DNA of 64,000 nucleotides from Lysobacterales bacterium (GTDB lineage Bacteria; Pseudomonadota; Gammaproteobacteria; Xanthomonadales; SZUA-5): NCBI GenBank assembly GCA_046346965.1, contig JAXMHB010000012.1, positions 62,797 to 126,796 of the forward strand, read 5' to 3'. Shown piece by piece: positions 55,600 to 64,000 of this stretch (position 1 is its first letter; each line of letters starts with the position of its first letter). The notes under the pieces were generated by a model. It saw only the letters and a program-made list of their open reading frames with translations, ran no database searches and was not told where the DNA came from. The position numbers and the translations under genes were made by a program.

Positions 55600-57489
55600 T
55601 TACTGGTAGCCGTCCGCAAACACCGGGTCCGACACCAGGCGCAGGGTGTAATCGGTCGCCCCCGTGGTGCTGGTGCGCGTGGGCACGATGACCATCGCAC
55701 TCTCGGGCGGGATCAGCAGGCTGAAACGCTGATTGGTGCTGTTCGCGCCGGAATCGCCGTAGTAGTTGATCTGATGATCGCGCGTGTACAGGTTCAGGAA
55801 TGCTTCCGCGAAAACGGCGCCGGAGGTGGGTGCGAACTCGACCGACAGGCATTGCGGGACGGTCAATCCGTTGAACACCGCATGCTCGTGGACCTGGAAG
55901 GTGCCGGACGGATTGAAAATGCCCGGGAAGGCTTTGGGGCCGGTGCAGTCGGACTTGATCCCGGTGCGCTGCATGATGCCGGTGACCGTGCCGTGATCGG
56001 GCGCGGTGGCAAAGTCGACGCTATGGACTTCATCGATCAATCCGGCGGTCTTTGCCGTCATCACGTAGTCGGCTTGAAAGCTGCCTGGAGAAATCCGGTG
56101 CAGGGCGAGCACCGTGGAACTGTGCGCCGGCACCTGGACTGCATAGACGCGCTCGGGACCGACGCCGCCAGCATCGGCGCGATAGTTGCTGGCCACACCG
56201 GGCTGCAGCGTGACCCCGCTGTACGCCACGCCAAAGATCGGCTCTTGCGGGCGATTGTTGTGCAGCGTCACCACCACACACTGGGGCGTCGCCAGCCCAT
56301 TGAAGATGGCGTGCTGCGCGGCCTCGAAGCTGGTGGCGGCATCCAGCGTGTTCGGCGTCGGCTTCTGCGATGAACACACCGAGCGGACGCCATTGCGATC
56401 GAGGCGCCCCAGCACCGTGTTCTGAAAGTTTGCGGTAGTCCCCACGAAAGTCTCGTCGATCAGGCCGGCGGCGCGCACGCGCATCTGATAGCGGAGATTG
56501 CCGTTGCCGGTGGTCACGCGCATCGCGGCGGGATAGAAATCGGATTCAGGCGGAATGCTGACGGCGTAGTGGCGCTCATTGGTGCCGGCAAAACCGGCGT
56601 CGGCCAGATAGTTCGCCGCCGGATCCGCGGGCGTGATCGGCGCGCTGTAGCCCACCGCCAGCGCCGGGCTGGCGGAGGCCTGATCGGTTTGCATGCGCAC
56701 CACCACGCATTGAGACACCGGCAGTTCGTTGTAGACGCTGTGCTGCAGATACTGGAACTGGGTACCGATATCGGTGACGCCCGGATTGGGCTTGAGTGCG
56801 GCGCAGGTGGACGTCGTGCCGTTGCGGTTGAGTCTGCCGTTGGTCGTCGGTGGCGTACCCACGGTAAAATCGCCATTGAACGTCACATCCAAAGGCTTGG
56901 GTTCCTCCACGATCACGTTGTAGATGCACTGAATCACCGAGCTGGCGCGCTGACTCAAGACCAGTTTGACGGTATTGCCACCGGCAACATTGATCGCAAA
57001 CTGGGAATTGGCGGTGGTCACACCGGGGTCGCCCAGATAATTGGCGCGCGGATTGGCTGGATCGAAACTGCCGAGATAGGCGGCCGGCAAGAGATCGAAA
57101 TTGCCGCAGTTGGATTGCAAGCGCACGACCAGACACACATTCGGTCCCGGCGGCAGCGTGAAGCTGTGTTCGGCGTAGCGCGAGCTGATCGCCTGGGTAG
57201 TGGGCGCCGCCTTCGGCGCGGTGCACTTGGCATCGACGCCGTTGGCCGTCAGTCGGGTCGCCATGCTGGCGCTGGGCGTGGTGTTGGTGAAGATGCCGGT
57301 GAAGGTGATCGGCGCCATGCGGTTCAGTTGGCTCTGCGTCTTCACGTGCCCGGCCTGCGCCATCGCGGCCTTCATGCTGGCGGCGTCGCAAGCGGTGTAG
57401 CCAGGCAGGGTGGGCAGACTGGAGGTCTGTGCGAGCACGCTGGCGCCGTACAGTCCCAGCGCGAGAGCCAGCCATTGCGGAGCGTACAT
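55600..57489 (-). CDS. Secreted protein composed of four ~145-aa internal repeats (unknown family)
   Basis: ATG 57489. Signal peptide MYAPQWLALALGLYGASVLAQ. Each repeat carries G.L.RNG..S.C...KP.PG...F....H...N.L...QC..V and a later NY.aD.G motif, with two conserved Cys per repeat. Confidence 0.7.
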   Translation of the reverse strand: MYAPQWLALALGLYGASVLAQTSSLPTLPGYTACDAASMKAAMAQAGHVKTQSQLNRMAPITFTGIFTNTTPSASMATRLTANGVDAKCTAPKAAPTTQAISSRYAEHSFTLPPGPNVCLVVRLQSNCGNFDLLPAAYLGSFDPANPRANYLGDPGVTTANSQFAINVAGGNTVKLVLSQRASSVIQCIYNVIVEEPKPLDVTFNGDFTVGTPPTTNGRLNRNGTTSTCAALKPNPGVTDIGTQFQYLQHSVYNELPVSQCVVVRMQTDQASASPALAVGYSAPITPADPAANYLADAGFAGTNERHYAVSIPPESDFYPAAMRVTTGNGNLRYQMRVRAAGLIDETFVGTTANFQNTVLGRLDRNGVRSVCSSQKPTPNTLDAATSFEAAQHAIFNGLATPQCVVVTLHNNRPQEPIFGVAYSGVTLQPGVASNYRADAGGVGPERVYAVQVPAHSSTVLALHRISPGSFQADYVMTAKTAGLIDEVHSVDFATAPDHGTVTGIMQRTGIKSDCTGPKAFPGIFNPSGTFQVHEHAVFNGLTVPQCLSVEFAPTSGAVFAEAFLNLYTRDHQINYYGDSGANSTNQRFSLLIPPESAMVIVPTRTSTTGATDYTLRLVSDPVFADGYQ

Positions 57490-57647
57490 GTAGCGGCGCC
57501 TGTACCGAGGAGGTGAGCCCAAGCTAGCCCCGCACCGACGACCCCGCTTGGCGCCAGCGTGCGCGCTTTTGCCGCGGCGTTGCGCGCTCACCCGCACCGG
57601 GCACGGCTGGTCTATCCTCCGCCGCCTCTGCCCGTCTGCCCGCGTCC

Positions 57648-58868
57648 ATGACCGCCACCGCCGCGCCGCGCAAGGCTGCGCTGATCTTCATCTTCATCAC
57701 TGTCGCGCTCGACATCCTGGCCCTGGGGCTGATCATTCCGGTATTGCCACCGCTGATTGCCGGCTTTTTTGCCGATGCCGCCGAAGGCGCGGCCATGTAT
57801 GGCTGGTTTGTCACGCTGTTCGCGGTGATGCAGTTTCTGGCCTCACCGATGCTCGGCGCGCTATCCGACCGATTTGGCCGGCGGCCGGTGATTCTGGCCA
57901 GCAATTTGGGTTTGGGTTTGGATTATGTGTTGATGGCGGTGGCGCAGAGTTTGCCGCTGTTGCTGCTGGGCCGCATGATCAGCGGCGTCACCTCGGCCAG
58001 TATTACCAGCGCCTATGCCTATATTGCCGATGTAACCCCGGCCGAGCGCCGCGCCGCCGGTTACGGCATGTTGGGCGCGGCTTTTAGTCTGGGTTTCGTG
58101 GTGGGCCCGGCGCTGGGCGGCATTCTGGGCAGCATCGATCACCGTTTGCCCTTCTGGGTGGCGGCGACGCTCAGCCTGAGCAACTTCCTGTATGGCTTGC
58201 TGGTGTTGCCGGAATCGCTGCCGGCGGAGCGCCGCCACGCCTTTGACTGGCGCCGCGCCAATCCGCTGGGCTCGCTACAGTGGCTGCGGCAAACGCCGCA
58301 GGTGCTGGGTCTGGCAGTCGTCGCCTTCTTGTCGACACTGGCGCACGTGGTGTTTCCGGCCACCTTTGTGCTGTATGCGGCGCATCGCTATGCCTGGGAT
58401 ATGCGCACCATCGGCTTTACGCTGGCGGCGGTGGGTGTGCTCGGCGCCATCGTTCAGGGCGGCCTGATCCGGCGCATCGTGCCGGCGCTGGGCGAGCGCC
58501 GCTCGCTGCTGCTGGGGCTGTGCTGCGGGCTGGTCGGCTTTCTGGGCTACGGCTATGCGCCCACCGGCGTGTGGCTGTGGGCCACCATGCCGATCATGGC
58601 GTTCTGGGGGCTGACCACGCCCTCGGTGCAGGCGCTGATGACGCGCCAGATCGGCGCCAGCGACCAGGGCCGCCTGCAGGGCGCCGTCAGCAGCATCGGC
58701 TCGGTCGCCGGCATCATCGGGCCGTATGCCTTCACCCATTTGTACGCGGCAGCGATCGATCCCAAGCTCGGCATTGATCTGCCTGGCGCCGCCTTCTTTG
58801 CCGGCGCGGCGCTGCTGCTGCTCGCGGTGCTGCTGGCGAATGCGCTGACCGCGCGGTCCGCCCGATGA
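57648..58868 (+). CDS. MFS transporter, TCR/Tet (TetA-like) family
   Basis: [24 protein letters not shown], with motif A as [14 protein letters not shown]. 12 TM segments. Confidence 0.85.
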   Translation: MTATAAPRKAALIFIFITVALDILALGLIIPVLPPLIAGFFADAAEGAAMYGWFVTLFAVMQFLASPMLGALSDRFGRRPVILASNLGLGLDYVLMAVAQSLPLLLLGRMISGVTSASITSAYAYIADVTPAERRAAGYGMLGAAFSLGFVVGPALGGILGSIDHRLPFWVAATLSLSNFLYGLLVLPESLPAERRHAFDWRRANPLGSLQWLRQTPQVLGLAVVAFLSTLAHVVFPATFVLYAAHRYAWDMRTIGFTLAAVGVLGAIVQGGLIRRIVPALGERRSLLLGLCCGLVGFLGYGYAPTGVWLWATMPIMAFWGLTTPSVQALMTRQIGASDQGRLQGAVSSIGSVAGIIGPYAFTHLYAAAIDPKLGIDLPGAAFFAGAALLLLAVLLANALTARSAR

Positions 58869-60655
58869 GGGCAGAACCGCGCAGCCTGCTGCGCCAGGTC
58901 TTCGGTTTCGACGGTTTCCGCGGCCCGCAGCAGGCGATCGTCGAGCACGTCTGCGCCGGCGGCGATGCGCTGGTGCTGATGCCCACCGGCGGCGGCAAGT
59001 CGCTGTGCTACCAGATTCCGGCGCTGATCCGGCCCGGCACCGGCATCGTCGTGTCGCCCTTGATTGCCTTGATGCAGGACCAGGTCGCCGCGCTGACCCA
59101 GCTGGGCGTGCGCGCCGCCTTTCTGAACTCCACGCTGGATGCCGCCAGCGCGCTGGAGATCGAGCGTCAGCTGGTCGAGGGCGAACTCGATTTGTTGTAC
59201 GTGGCGCCCGAGCGGCTGCTGACCGGGCGCTTCCTGGCGCTGCTGGATCGCGCCTCGCTGGCCTTGTTCGCGATCGACGAGGCGCACTGCGTCTCGCAAT
59301 GGGGGCACGATTTCCGCCCGGAGTACCGCGAGCTGACGGTGCTGCACACGCGCTTCCCGACGGTGCCGCGGATCGCCCTGACCGCCACCGCTGACGCGCC
59401 CACGCGCAGCGAGATCATCGAGCGCCTGGCGCTGGACCAGGCGCGCCAGTTCGTGTCCTCCTTCGACCGCCCGAACATCCGCTATCGGGTCGAGGAAAAG
59501 CGCGACTCGCGCAAGCAGCTGCTGAACTTTCTGCGCGCGCGGCCGGGTCAAGCCGGCATCGTCTATGCGCTGTCGCGGCGCAAGGTCGACGAAACCGCCG
59601 AGTTCCTGCGCAGCGAGGGTGTGCACGCGCTGGCCTACCACGCCGGCATGGACGCCAGCGCCCGCGCCCATCACCAGACGCGCTTTCTGCGCGAGGATGG
59701 CGTGGTGATGGTGGCGACGATTGCCTTCGGCATGGGCATCGACAAACCCGATGTGCGCTTCGTCGCGCATCTGGATCTGCCGAAGTCGATGGAGGGCTAC
59801 TACCAGGAAACCGGACGCGCCGGCCGCGATGGCGATCCGGCCGAGGCCTGGATGAGCTATGGCCTCGGCGATGTGGTGATGCTGCGGCAGATGATCGACG
59901 GCTCCGAGGCCGGCGAGGAGCGCAAGCAGCTGGAGCGGCGCAAGCTAGACGCGCTGCTGGCCTACTGCGAGAGCCCGCAGTGCCGGCGCCAATCACTGCT
60001 GCACTACTTCGGCGAGAACTATCCGCAGCCCTGCGGCAACTGCGACAACTGTCTGGAGCCGCCGCAGACCTGGGATGCCACGCTGGCGGCGCAGAAGGCG
60101 CTGTCCTGCGTCTGGCGCACCGGGCAACGCTTCGGCGCCGGCCATCTGATCGATGTGCTGCTGGGCCAGGAGACCGAGCGCGTGATCCAGTACAACCACC
60201 AGAAGATCAGCACCTTCGGCGTCGGCTGCGAACACGACGAACGCGCCTGGAAGAGCGTGTTCCGGCAACTGGTGGCCGGTGGCTATCTGGACGTGGAGAT
60301 CGGCAGCTACGGCGCGCTGCGGCTGGCCGAACGCGCGCGCGCCGTGCTGCGCGGGCAGGAAACGATCGAACTGCGGCGCGAGGCGCCGCGTCGCAAGGCC
60401 GCCGCCACGCGCTACGCGCTGTCGGCGCACCCGGCCGACGACAGCCTGTACGAGCGCCTGCGCGAGCTGCGTGCGCGGCTGGCGCGGGAACAAAATGTGC
60501 CCGCCTACGTCATTTTTCACGATGCCACACTACGCAGCATCGCCGAGCAGCGCCCGCACACCGAGGCGCAGCTGGCCGAGGTGCAGGGCGTGGGCGTGAA
60601 GAAGATCGAACGTTATGGCGCCGCCTTCCTGGAGCTGGTGCGCGCCGCCGATTGA
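58865..60655 (+). CDS. recQ: ATP-dependent DNA helicase RecQ
   Basis: [53 protein letters not shown], the RQC zinc Cys cluster ([12 protein letters not shown]...CGNCDNC) and a C-terminal HRDC. The ATG overlaps the MFS stop (ATGA). Confidence 0.95.
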   Translation: MRAEPRSLLRQVFGFDGFRGPQQAIVEHVCAGGDALVLMPTGGGKSLCYQIPALIRPGTGIVVSPLIALMQDQVAALTQLGVRAAFLNSTLDAASALEIERQLVEGELDLLYVAPERLLTGRFLALLDRASLALFAIDEAHCVSQWGHDFRPEYRELTVLHTRFPTVPRIALTATADAPTRSEIIERLALDQARQFVSSFDRPNIRYRVEEKRDSRKQLLNFLRARPGQAGIVYALSRRKVDETAEFLRSEGVHALAYHAGMDASARAHHQTRFLREDGVVMVATIAFGMGIDKPDVRFVAHLDLPKSMEGYYQETGRAGRDGDPAEAWMSYGLGDVVMLRQMIDGSEAGEERKQLERRKLDALLAYCESPQCRRQSLLHYFGENYPQPCGNCDNCLEPPQTWDATLAAQKALSCVWRTGQRFGAGHLIDVLLGQETERVIQYNHQKISTFGVGCEHDERAWKSVFRQLVAGGYLDVEIGSYGALRLAERARAVLRGQETIELRREAPRRKAAATRYALSAHPADDSLYERLRELRARLAREQNVPAYVIFHDATLRSIAEQRPHTEAQLAEVQGVGVKKIERYGAAFLELVRAAD

Positions 60656-60661
60656 GGACGG

Positions 60662-63265
60662 GTGATGAGCGACTCCCAGGTCGACCAATGGAAACGCGCG
60701 GCGCAGGTGTTTTACGCGGTGGTCGATCTGGACCCGGCGCAGCGCGCGCATGCGCTGGCGCAGGCCTGCGGCGAGGACGCCAGCCTGCGCGCCGCGGTCG
60801 AGAAGCTGCTCGCCGCCGACGAGCGCGAGCGCGGACATACCGGCGCCGGCGCGGTGCAGCTGGTGGCGGATGCGCTGCAGGCCTGGTCGGGCGGCGGTGA
60901 GCTGGCCGCCGGCACCGCGATCGGCGCCTATCGCTGCGTGCGCTTGCTCGGCAGCGGCGGCATGGGCCAGGTCTATCTGGCCGAGCGCAGCATCGATGGG
61001 CGCACCCAGCAGGTCGCGCTGAAGCTGCCGCAGCTGCGGCCCGGCAGCGAGTTCCTGACGCGCTTCCGGCGCGAGCGCGCAATCCTGGTGCAGTTGCAGC
61101 ATCCGGCAATCGCTCGGCTGATCGACGCCGGGGAACTGGCCGACGGCCGCCCGTACCTGGCGATGGAGTACGTCGACGGCGTGCCGATCACCGAGTACTG
61201 CCGGACGCGCCAACTGAGCCTGGCCGGCCGCATCCGCCTGGTGCTCGGCGTGCTGCAGGCCTTGCAGCATGCGCACGAACGACTGGTGCTGCATCGCGAC
61301 ATCAAGTCCGCCAACATCCTGGTGGATGCCAGCGGCCAGCCCCGCGTGCTCGACTTCGGCATCGGCAAGCAGCTCGATGATGGTCCGCAGGTGACCGCCG
61401 ACAGCCAGCGTTATTTCTCGCTGGCCAGCGCGGCGCCAGAGCAGATCCGCGGCGAGCCCAACAGCGCCGCCACCGATGTCTACGCGGTCGGCGTGCTGCT
61501 CTACCAGCTGCTGTGCGGGCGCTCGCCGCTGACGCTGGACGAGCAGAACATGCACGAAGCGCTGCGCTGCGCGGTCGAGCAGGTGCCGCCGCTGGCGAGC
61601 GTGGCGGTGCAAGCGATGGCGGCCGCCGAGCGTGCGCCGCTGGCGCTCGAGCGCGGGCTGCGCGAGAGCCAGTGGGCAGCCGCGCTGCGCGGTGACCTCG
61701 ACCAGATCCTGGCGCGCGCGCTGCGCAAGGAAGCCGCGCAACGCTATCCCACCGCCGCCGCCTTTGCTGCCGATCTGGACGCCGTGCTGGCGCTGCGGCC
61801 GATTGCCGCGCGCCAGAGCGAGCGCTGGTACCGGCTAAACCGCTTCGTACGCCGGCATGCGCTGGCGGTCTCGCTGACTGCGCTGCTGGTGGCCTCGGTG
61901 GGTGGCTTCCTGACGCTGACGCTAATGCAATCGGCCGCCCTGCGCGTCGCTCGCGATCAGGCCGAAAAGCGCCGCGCGCAGGCCGAGCAGGTCACGGAGT
62001 TCTTGAAGAACCTGTTCCGCCAGGCCGACCCCACCGTCGCCCGCGGCCGCGAACTGACGGCGCAGGATCTGTTGAACCAGGGCATCGACAAGCTGCGCAA
62101 CTCGCTGCAGGACCAGCCCGCCACCAAGGCCGAGTTGCTGAGCGTGATGGCGGATATCGAGCTGTCCCTGGGCAGGTCCGATCAGGCCTTGGCGCTGGCC
62201 CAGGAGGCGGCGGCAACTGGCCTCGAACCCACGGCCAGCCTGGCACTGCTCGCGCGCATCCGCATCGTCCGCGGTGAGTACCAGCAAGTCATCGAGGCCA
62301 TCGATGCCGCATACCCGAAGCTGCAGGTGGCGCCCGCACTGAGCAATCCGGTGTTTTTTCTGGCGGCGCTGCGCCTGATCGCGGTCACCAACGTGGAAGG
62401 GGCCGCTGACCATATGGGCGCCTGGCGCGCGCTGGTCGATGAAGCGATCCGGCGCCACGGCACGAACGACCCGCGCACCGTCGATCTGCGTATGCGTTTT
62501 GCTTTTCAACTGGGCGCCGTGGGAGACGGCGATGGCGAGCGGGCGATACTGGCCGAACTCACCCGCGGCCTGGACCTGAGCAGCGCCACCGATGATCCAG
62601 CGACTGCAACGCTGGCACGAAGGGCCGCGGCGCTGGCGCGCGACCGCGGTGACTATGCGCAGGCCGAGCAACTGGCACGCTATGTATTCGGCATGCAGAC
62701 GCGCATCTACGGGCCGCGCCACGCCGAGGTGGTCAAGGCCACGAACCTGCTGGGCACGATCAAGCACGCGTCGGGCGACTACCAGACCGCGCGACTGCAC
62801 TATGAGGCGGCGCTACTGCTGGCCAAGGATGCATTTGAACCCACCAGCCTGGCGCACGCGGTAATCCGTATCAGCCTGGGCACGTTGTTGCTGTACGCGC
62901 TGAACGAGCCTGCTGCCGCGCTACCGCATCTGCAGGAGGCCGTCGCGCTATTGACAGAACAAGCGGCCGGAAGCGCCAATCTGCATCTGGCAGAGCAGTA
63001 CCTGGGTGACGCGCATGCCGATTTGGGCCATACCGGGCAAGCGCGCCTCTACCTCGACCGAGCGCTCCAGGGCTTTCTCCCAAGCGCAGCCGAACACCCT
63101 GCGACGGTTGCCAACTTGCGTGCGGCACTGGTGTGTATCGACCCACCGGCACAGCGTGAGATGGACTGGCAGGCAGGTGTACGTGATGCGATCGCTCAAT
63201 TGACCAAGGTCGACTCGGACAGTGATCAGATTCCGCGCCTGCAGCGTTGTCTCGCGCAACGCTGA
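60662..63265 (+). CDS. Ser/Thr protein kinase with TM segment and C-terminal TPR repeats
   Basis: LGSGGMGQVYLA, VALK, HRDIKSANILV, DFGIGK, AAPEQ. A TM segment follows (ALAVSLTALLVASVGGFLTLTL), then TPR-like helices. The start is GTG 60662 or ATG 60665. Confidence 0.85.
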   Translation: MMSDSQVDQWKRAAQVFYAVVDLDPAQRAHALAQACGEDASLRAAVEKLLAADERERGHTGAGAVQLVADALQAWSGGGELAAGTAIGAYRCVRLLGSGGMGQVYLAERSIDGRTQQVALKLPQLRPGSEFLTRFRRERAILVQLQHPAIARLIDAGELADGRPYLAMEYVDGVPITEYCRTRQLSLAGRIRLVLGVLQALQHAHERLVLHRDIKSANILVDASGQPRVLDFGIGKQLDDGPQVTADSQRYFSLASAAPEQIRGEPNSAATDVYAVGVLLYQLLCGRSPLTLDEQNMHEALRCAVEQVPPLASVAVQAMAAAERAPLALERGLRESQWAAALRGDLDQILARALRKEAAQRYPTAAAFAADLDAVLALRPIAARQSERWYRLNRFVRRHALAVSLTALLVASVGGFLTLTLMQSAALRVARDQAEKRRAQAEQVTEFLKNLFRQADPTVARGRELTAQDLLNQGIDKLRNSLQDQPATKAELLSVMADIELSLGRSDQALALAQEAAATGLEPTASLALLARIRIVRGEYQQVIEAIDAAYPKLQVAPALSNPVFFLAALRLIAVTNVEGAADHMGAWRALVDEAIRRHGTNDPRTVDLRMRFAFQLGAVGDGDGERAILAELTRGLDLSSATDDPATATLARRAAALARDRGDYAQAEQLARYVFGMQTRIYGPRHAEVVKATNLLGTIKHASGDYQTARLHYEAALLLAKDAFEPTSLAHAVIRISLGTLLLYALNEPAAALPHLQEAVALLTEQAAGSANLHLAEQYLGDAHADLGHTGQARLYLDRALQGFLPSAAEHPATVANLRAALVCIDPPAQREMDWQAGVRDAIAQLTKVDSDSDQIPRLQRCLAQR

Positions 63266-63298
63266 CGTCGATTGGGCAGCACCGTGACGTTCAGCGTC

Positions 63299-63405
63299 CC
63301 GGTCTCGCCTTTGGCGCGCTTACTCGCTTCGCAAACTGGCGGTCCTGAGTCCCGGGTCCCGGGTTCCGGGTCCCGGGTCCCTACGCACCCATGTTTGGCT
63401 AGAGG
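63299..63405. repeat. Third-locus copy of the module B - heptamer - module A element
   Basis: TCTCGCCTTTGGCGCGCTTACTCGCTTCGCAAACTGGCG, then gtcctga (gtcccgg)x2 gttccgg gtcccgg, then CCTACGCACCCATGTTTGGCTAGAG. Confidence 0.75.
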
Positions 63406-63477
63406 CTCAGGACTGGCGTGCGCCGCGCGCACGCCAGCACCTGATTGCCGGGCCACTCCCTGGCCGCGAGCACAGAC

Positions 63478-64000
63478 TCAGTTGGGGAACCAGAGCGTGC
63501 GGATCACACTGAAGTCGGCGAAGTCGTAGATCAGCGGTTTGATGGTCAACTTGGTGGGTGCGACCTGCAGGTTGCTGCCCAGCCTGGCCTTGACCTTGAT
63601 TGGCGCGTAGCTACCGACCCTCACCTCGATCTCATTGGTCGAGACAGCTTTCACTGTCACCTCGGTACCAATGTTCCAGTAGGGGTCGGTCAGGATCGGC
63701 GTGCAGGCGCTGATCGGCAGCACGGCGACCGGCACCGAGGAGGCAAGCACGCCGGAGGCCGTTGCGGTCGACGACGTCGGCGATATCCAGTCGATCACCA
63801 GGTACTGGGCACCGGCGGATTGGCGCGCGCTGAACACCAGCAGCGCCTTGCTCGTCGGCTTGTCCGGTGCGCGAACGTCGAGTTCGGCAAAGCTCATGGA
63901 GCGGTTCGGCGCCGACGGCGTCGCCGCCCAGTCGGAGCAGACCTGAAAGTGGACAGCGTTGGGATTGTCCCAAGCTCGCTCTCTGGAGTACTCCAGGCCG
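63478..64000 (-). CDS. Hypothetical protein, possibly 5'-truncated by window edge
   Basis: The ORF track starts it at ATG 63897 (MSFAELDVRAPDKP...), but the same frame stays open to base 64000 (...EYSRERAWDNPNAVHFQVCSDWAATPSAPNRS-M...). The real start may therefore lie outside the window. No family recognised. Confidence 0.5.
   Translation of the reverse strand, partial: GLEYSRERAWDNPNAVHFQVCSDWAATPSAPNRSMSFAELDVRAPDKPTSKALLVFSARQSAGAQYLVIDWISPTSSTATASGVLASSVPVAVLPISACTPILTDPYWNIGTEVTVKAVSTNEIEVRVGSYAPIKVKARLGSNLQVAPTKLTIKPLIYDFADFSVIRTLWFPN

Noticed and set aside
55367-55609. 80-aa plus-strand ORF and 132-aa minus-strand ORF in the ligase upstream region
   Set aside because: Both are Arg/Pro-rich with low complexity and no SD. 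They overlap the terminator hairpin or the ligase start.

Overview
This is a 64-kb high-GC proteobacterial chromosome segment. Gene content and order look Xanthomonadales/Lysobacterales-like, but that cannot be confirmed without a database search. I can support about 47 protein-coding genes, several GC-rich hairpins, three dyad-containing promoters and four families of intergenic repeats. I recognised no rRNA, tRNA, CRISPR array, transposase, integrase or phage structural module. Backbone genes: a qNor nitric-oxide reductase (cut by the left edge and missing from the ORF track), ettA, a long co-directional minus-strand array (def-fmt-rsmB-DUF4390-NtrY-like kinase-comF-2OG oxygenase-methyltransferase), pyrE, an alaA-like aminotransferase, ilvE, a CbrA/CrbS-like sensor with a LuxR-type regulator, a TonB-dependent receptor, a GntP permease, a Tet-family MFS pump, recQ and a TPR Ser/Thr kinase. 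Most interesting accessory content: (1) 29.8-41.1 kb: a 3059-aa Ig-repeat/beta-helix exoprotein with an internal IPTL-type sorting signal, followed on the same strand by three tightly coupled phage-tail-collar paralogs and a 96-aa orphan, with no other phage genes. (2) 17.9-21.7 kb: a BlaI/BlaR1-like pair (sensor fused to a TonB-C domain) divergent from three tandem paralogous secreted ~157-aa proteins, with a conserved CTACGA-N6-TCGTAG dyad inside three promoters. (3) 51.2-57.5 kb: a block that looks lower in GC by eye, holding a Cry-type delta-endotoxin domain-I protein flanked by beta/gamma-crystallin-like and jacalin-like domains, an HD-Pnk plus ATP-dependent ligase end-healing/sealing cassette, and a secreted protein built from four ~145-aa repeats. 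(4) Composite intergenic repeats: an 18-unit heptanucleotide microsatellite, G-quadruplex motifs, a duplicated ~160-bp hairpin element and a 21-22-bp iteron-like array. All domain calls come from motif recognition by eye, with no searches run. Many long ORFs in the supplied track are antisense artefacts of the high GC content and were rejected.
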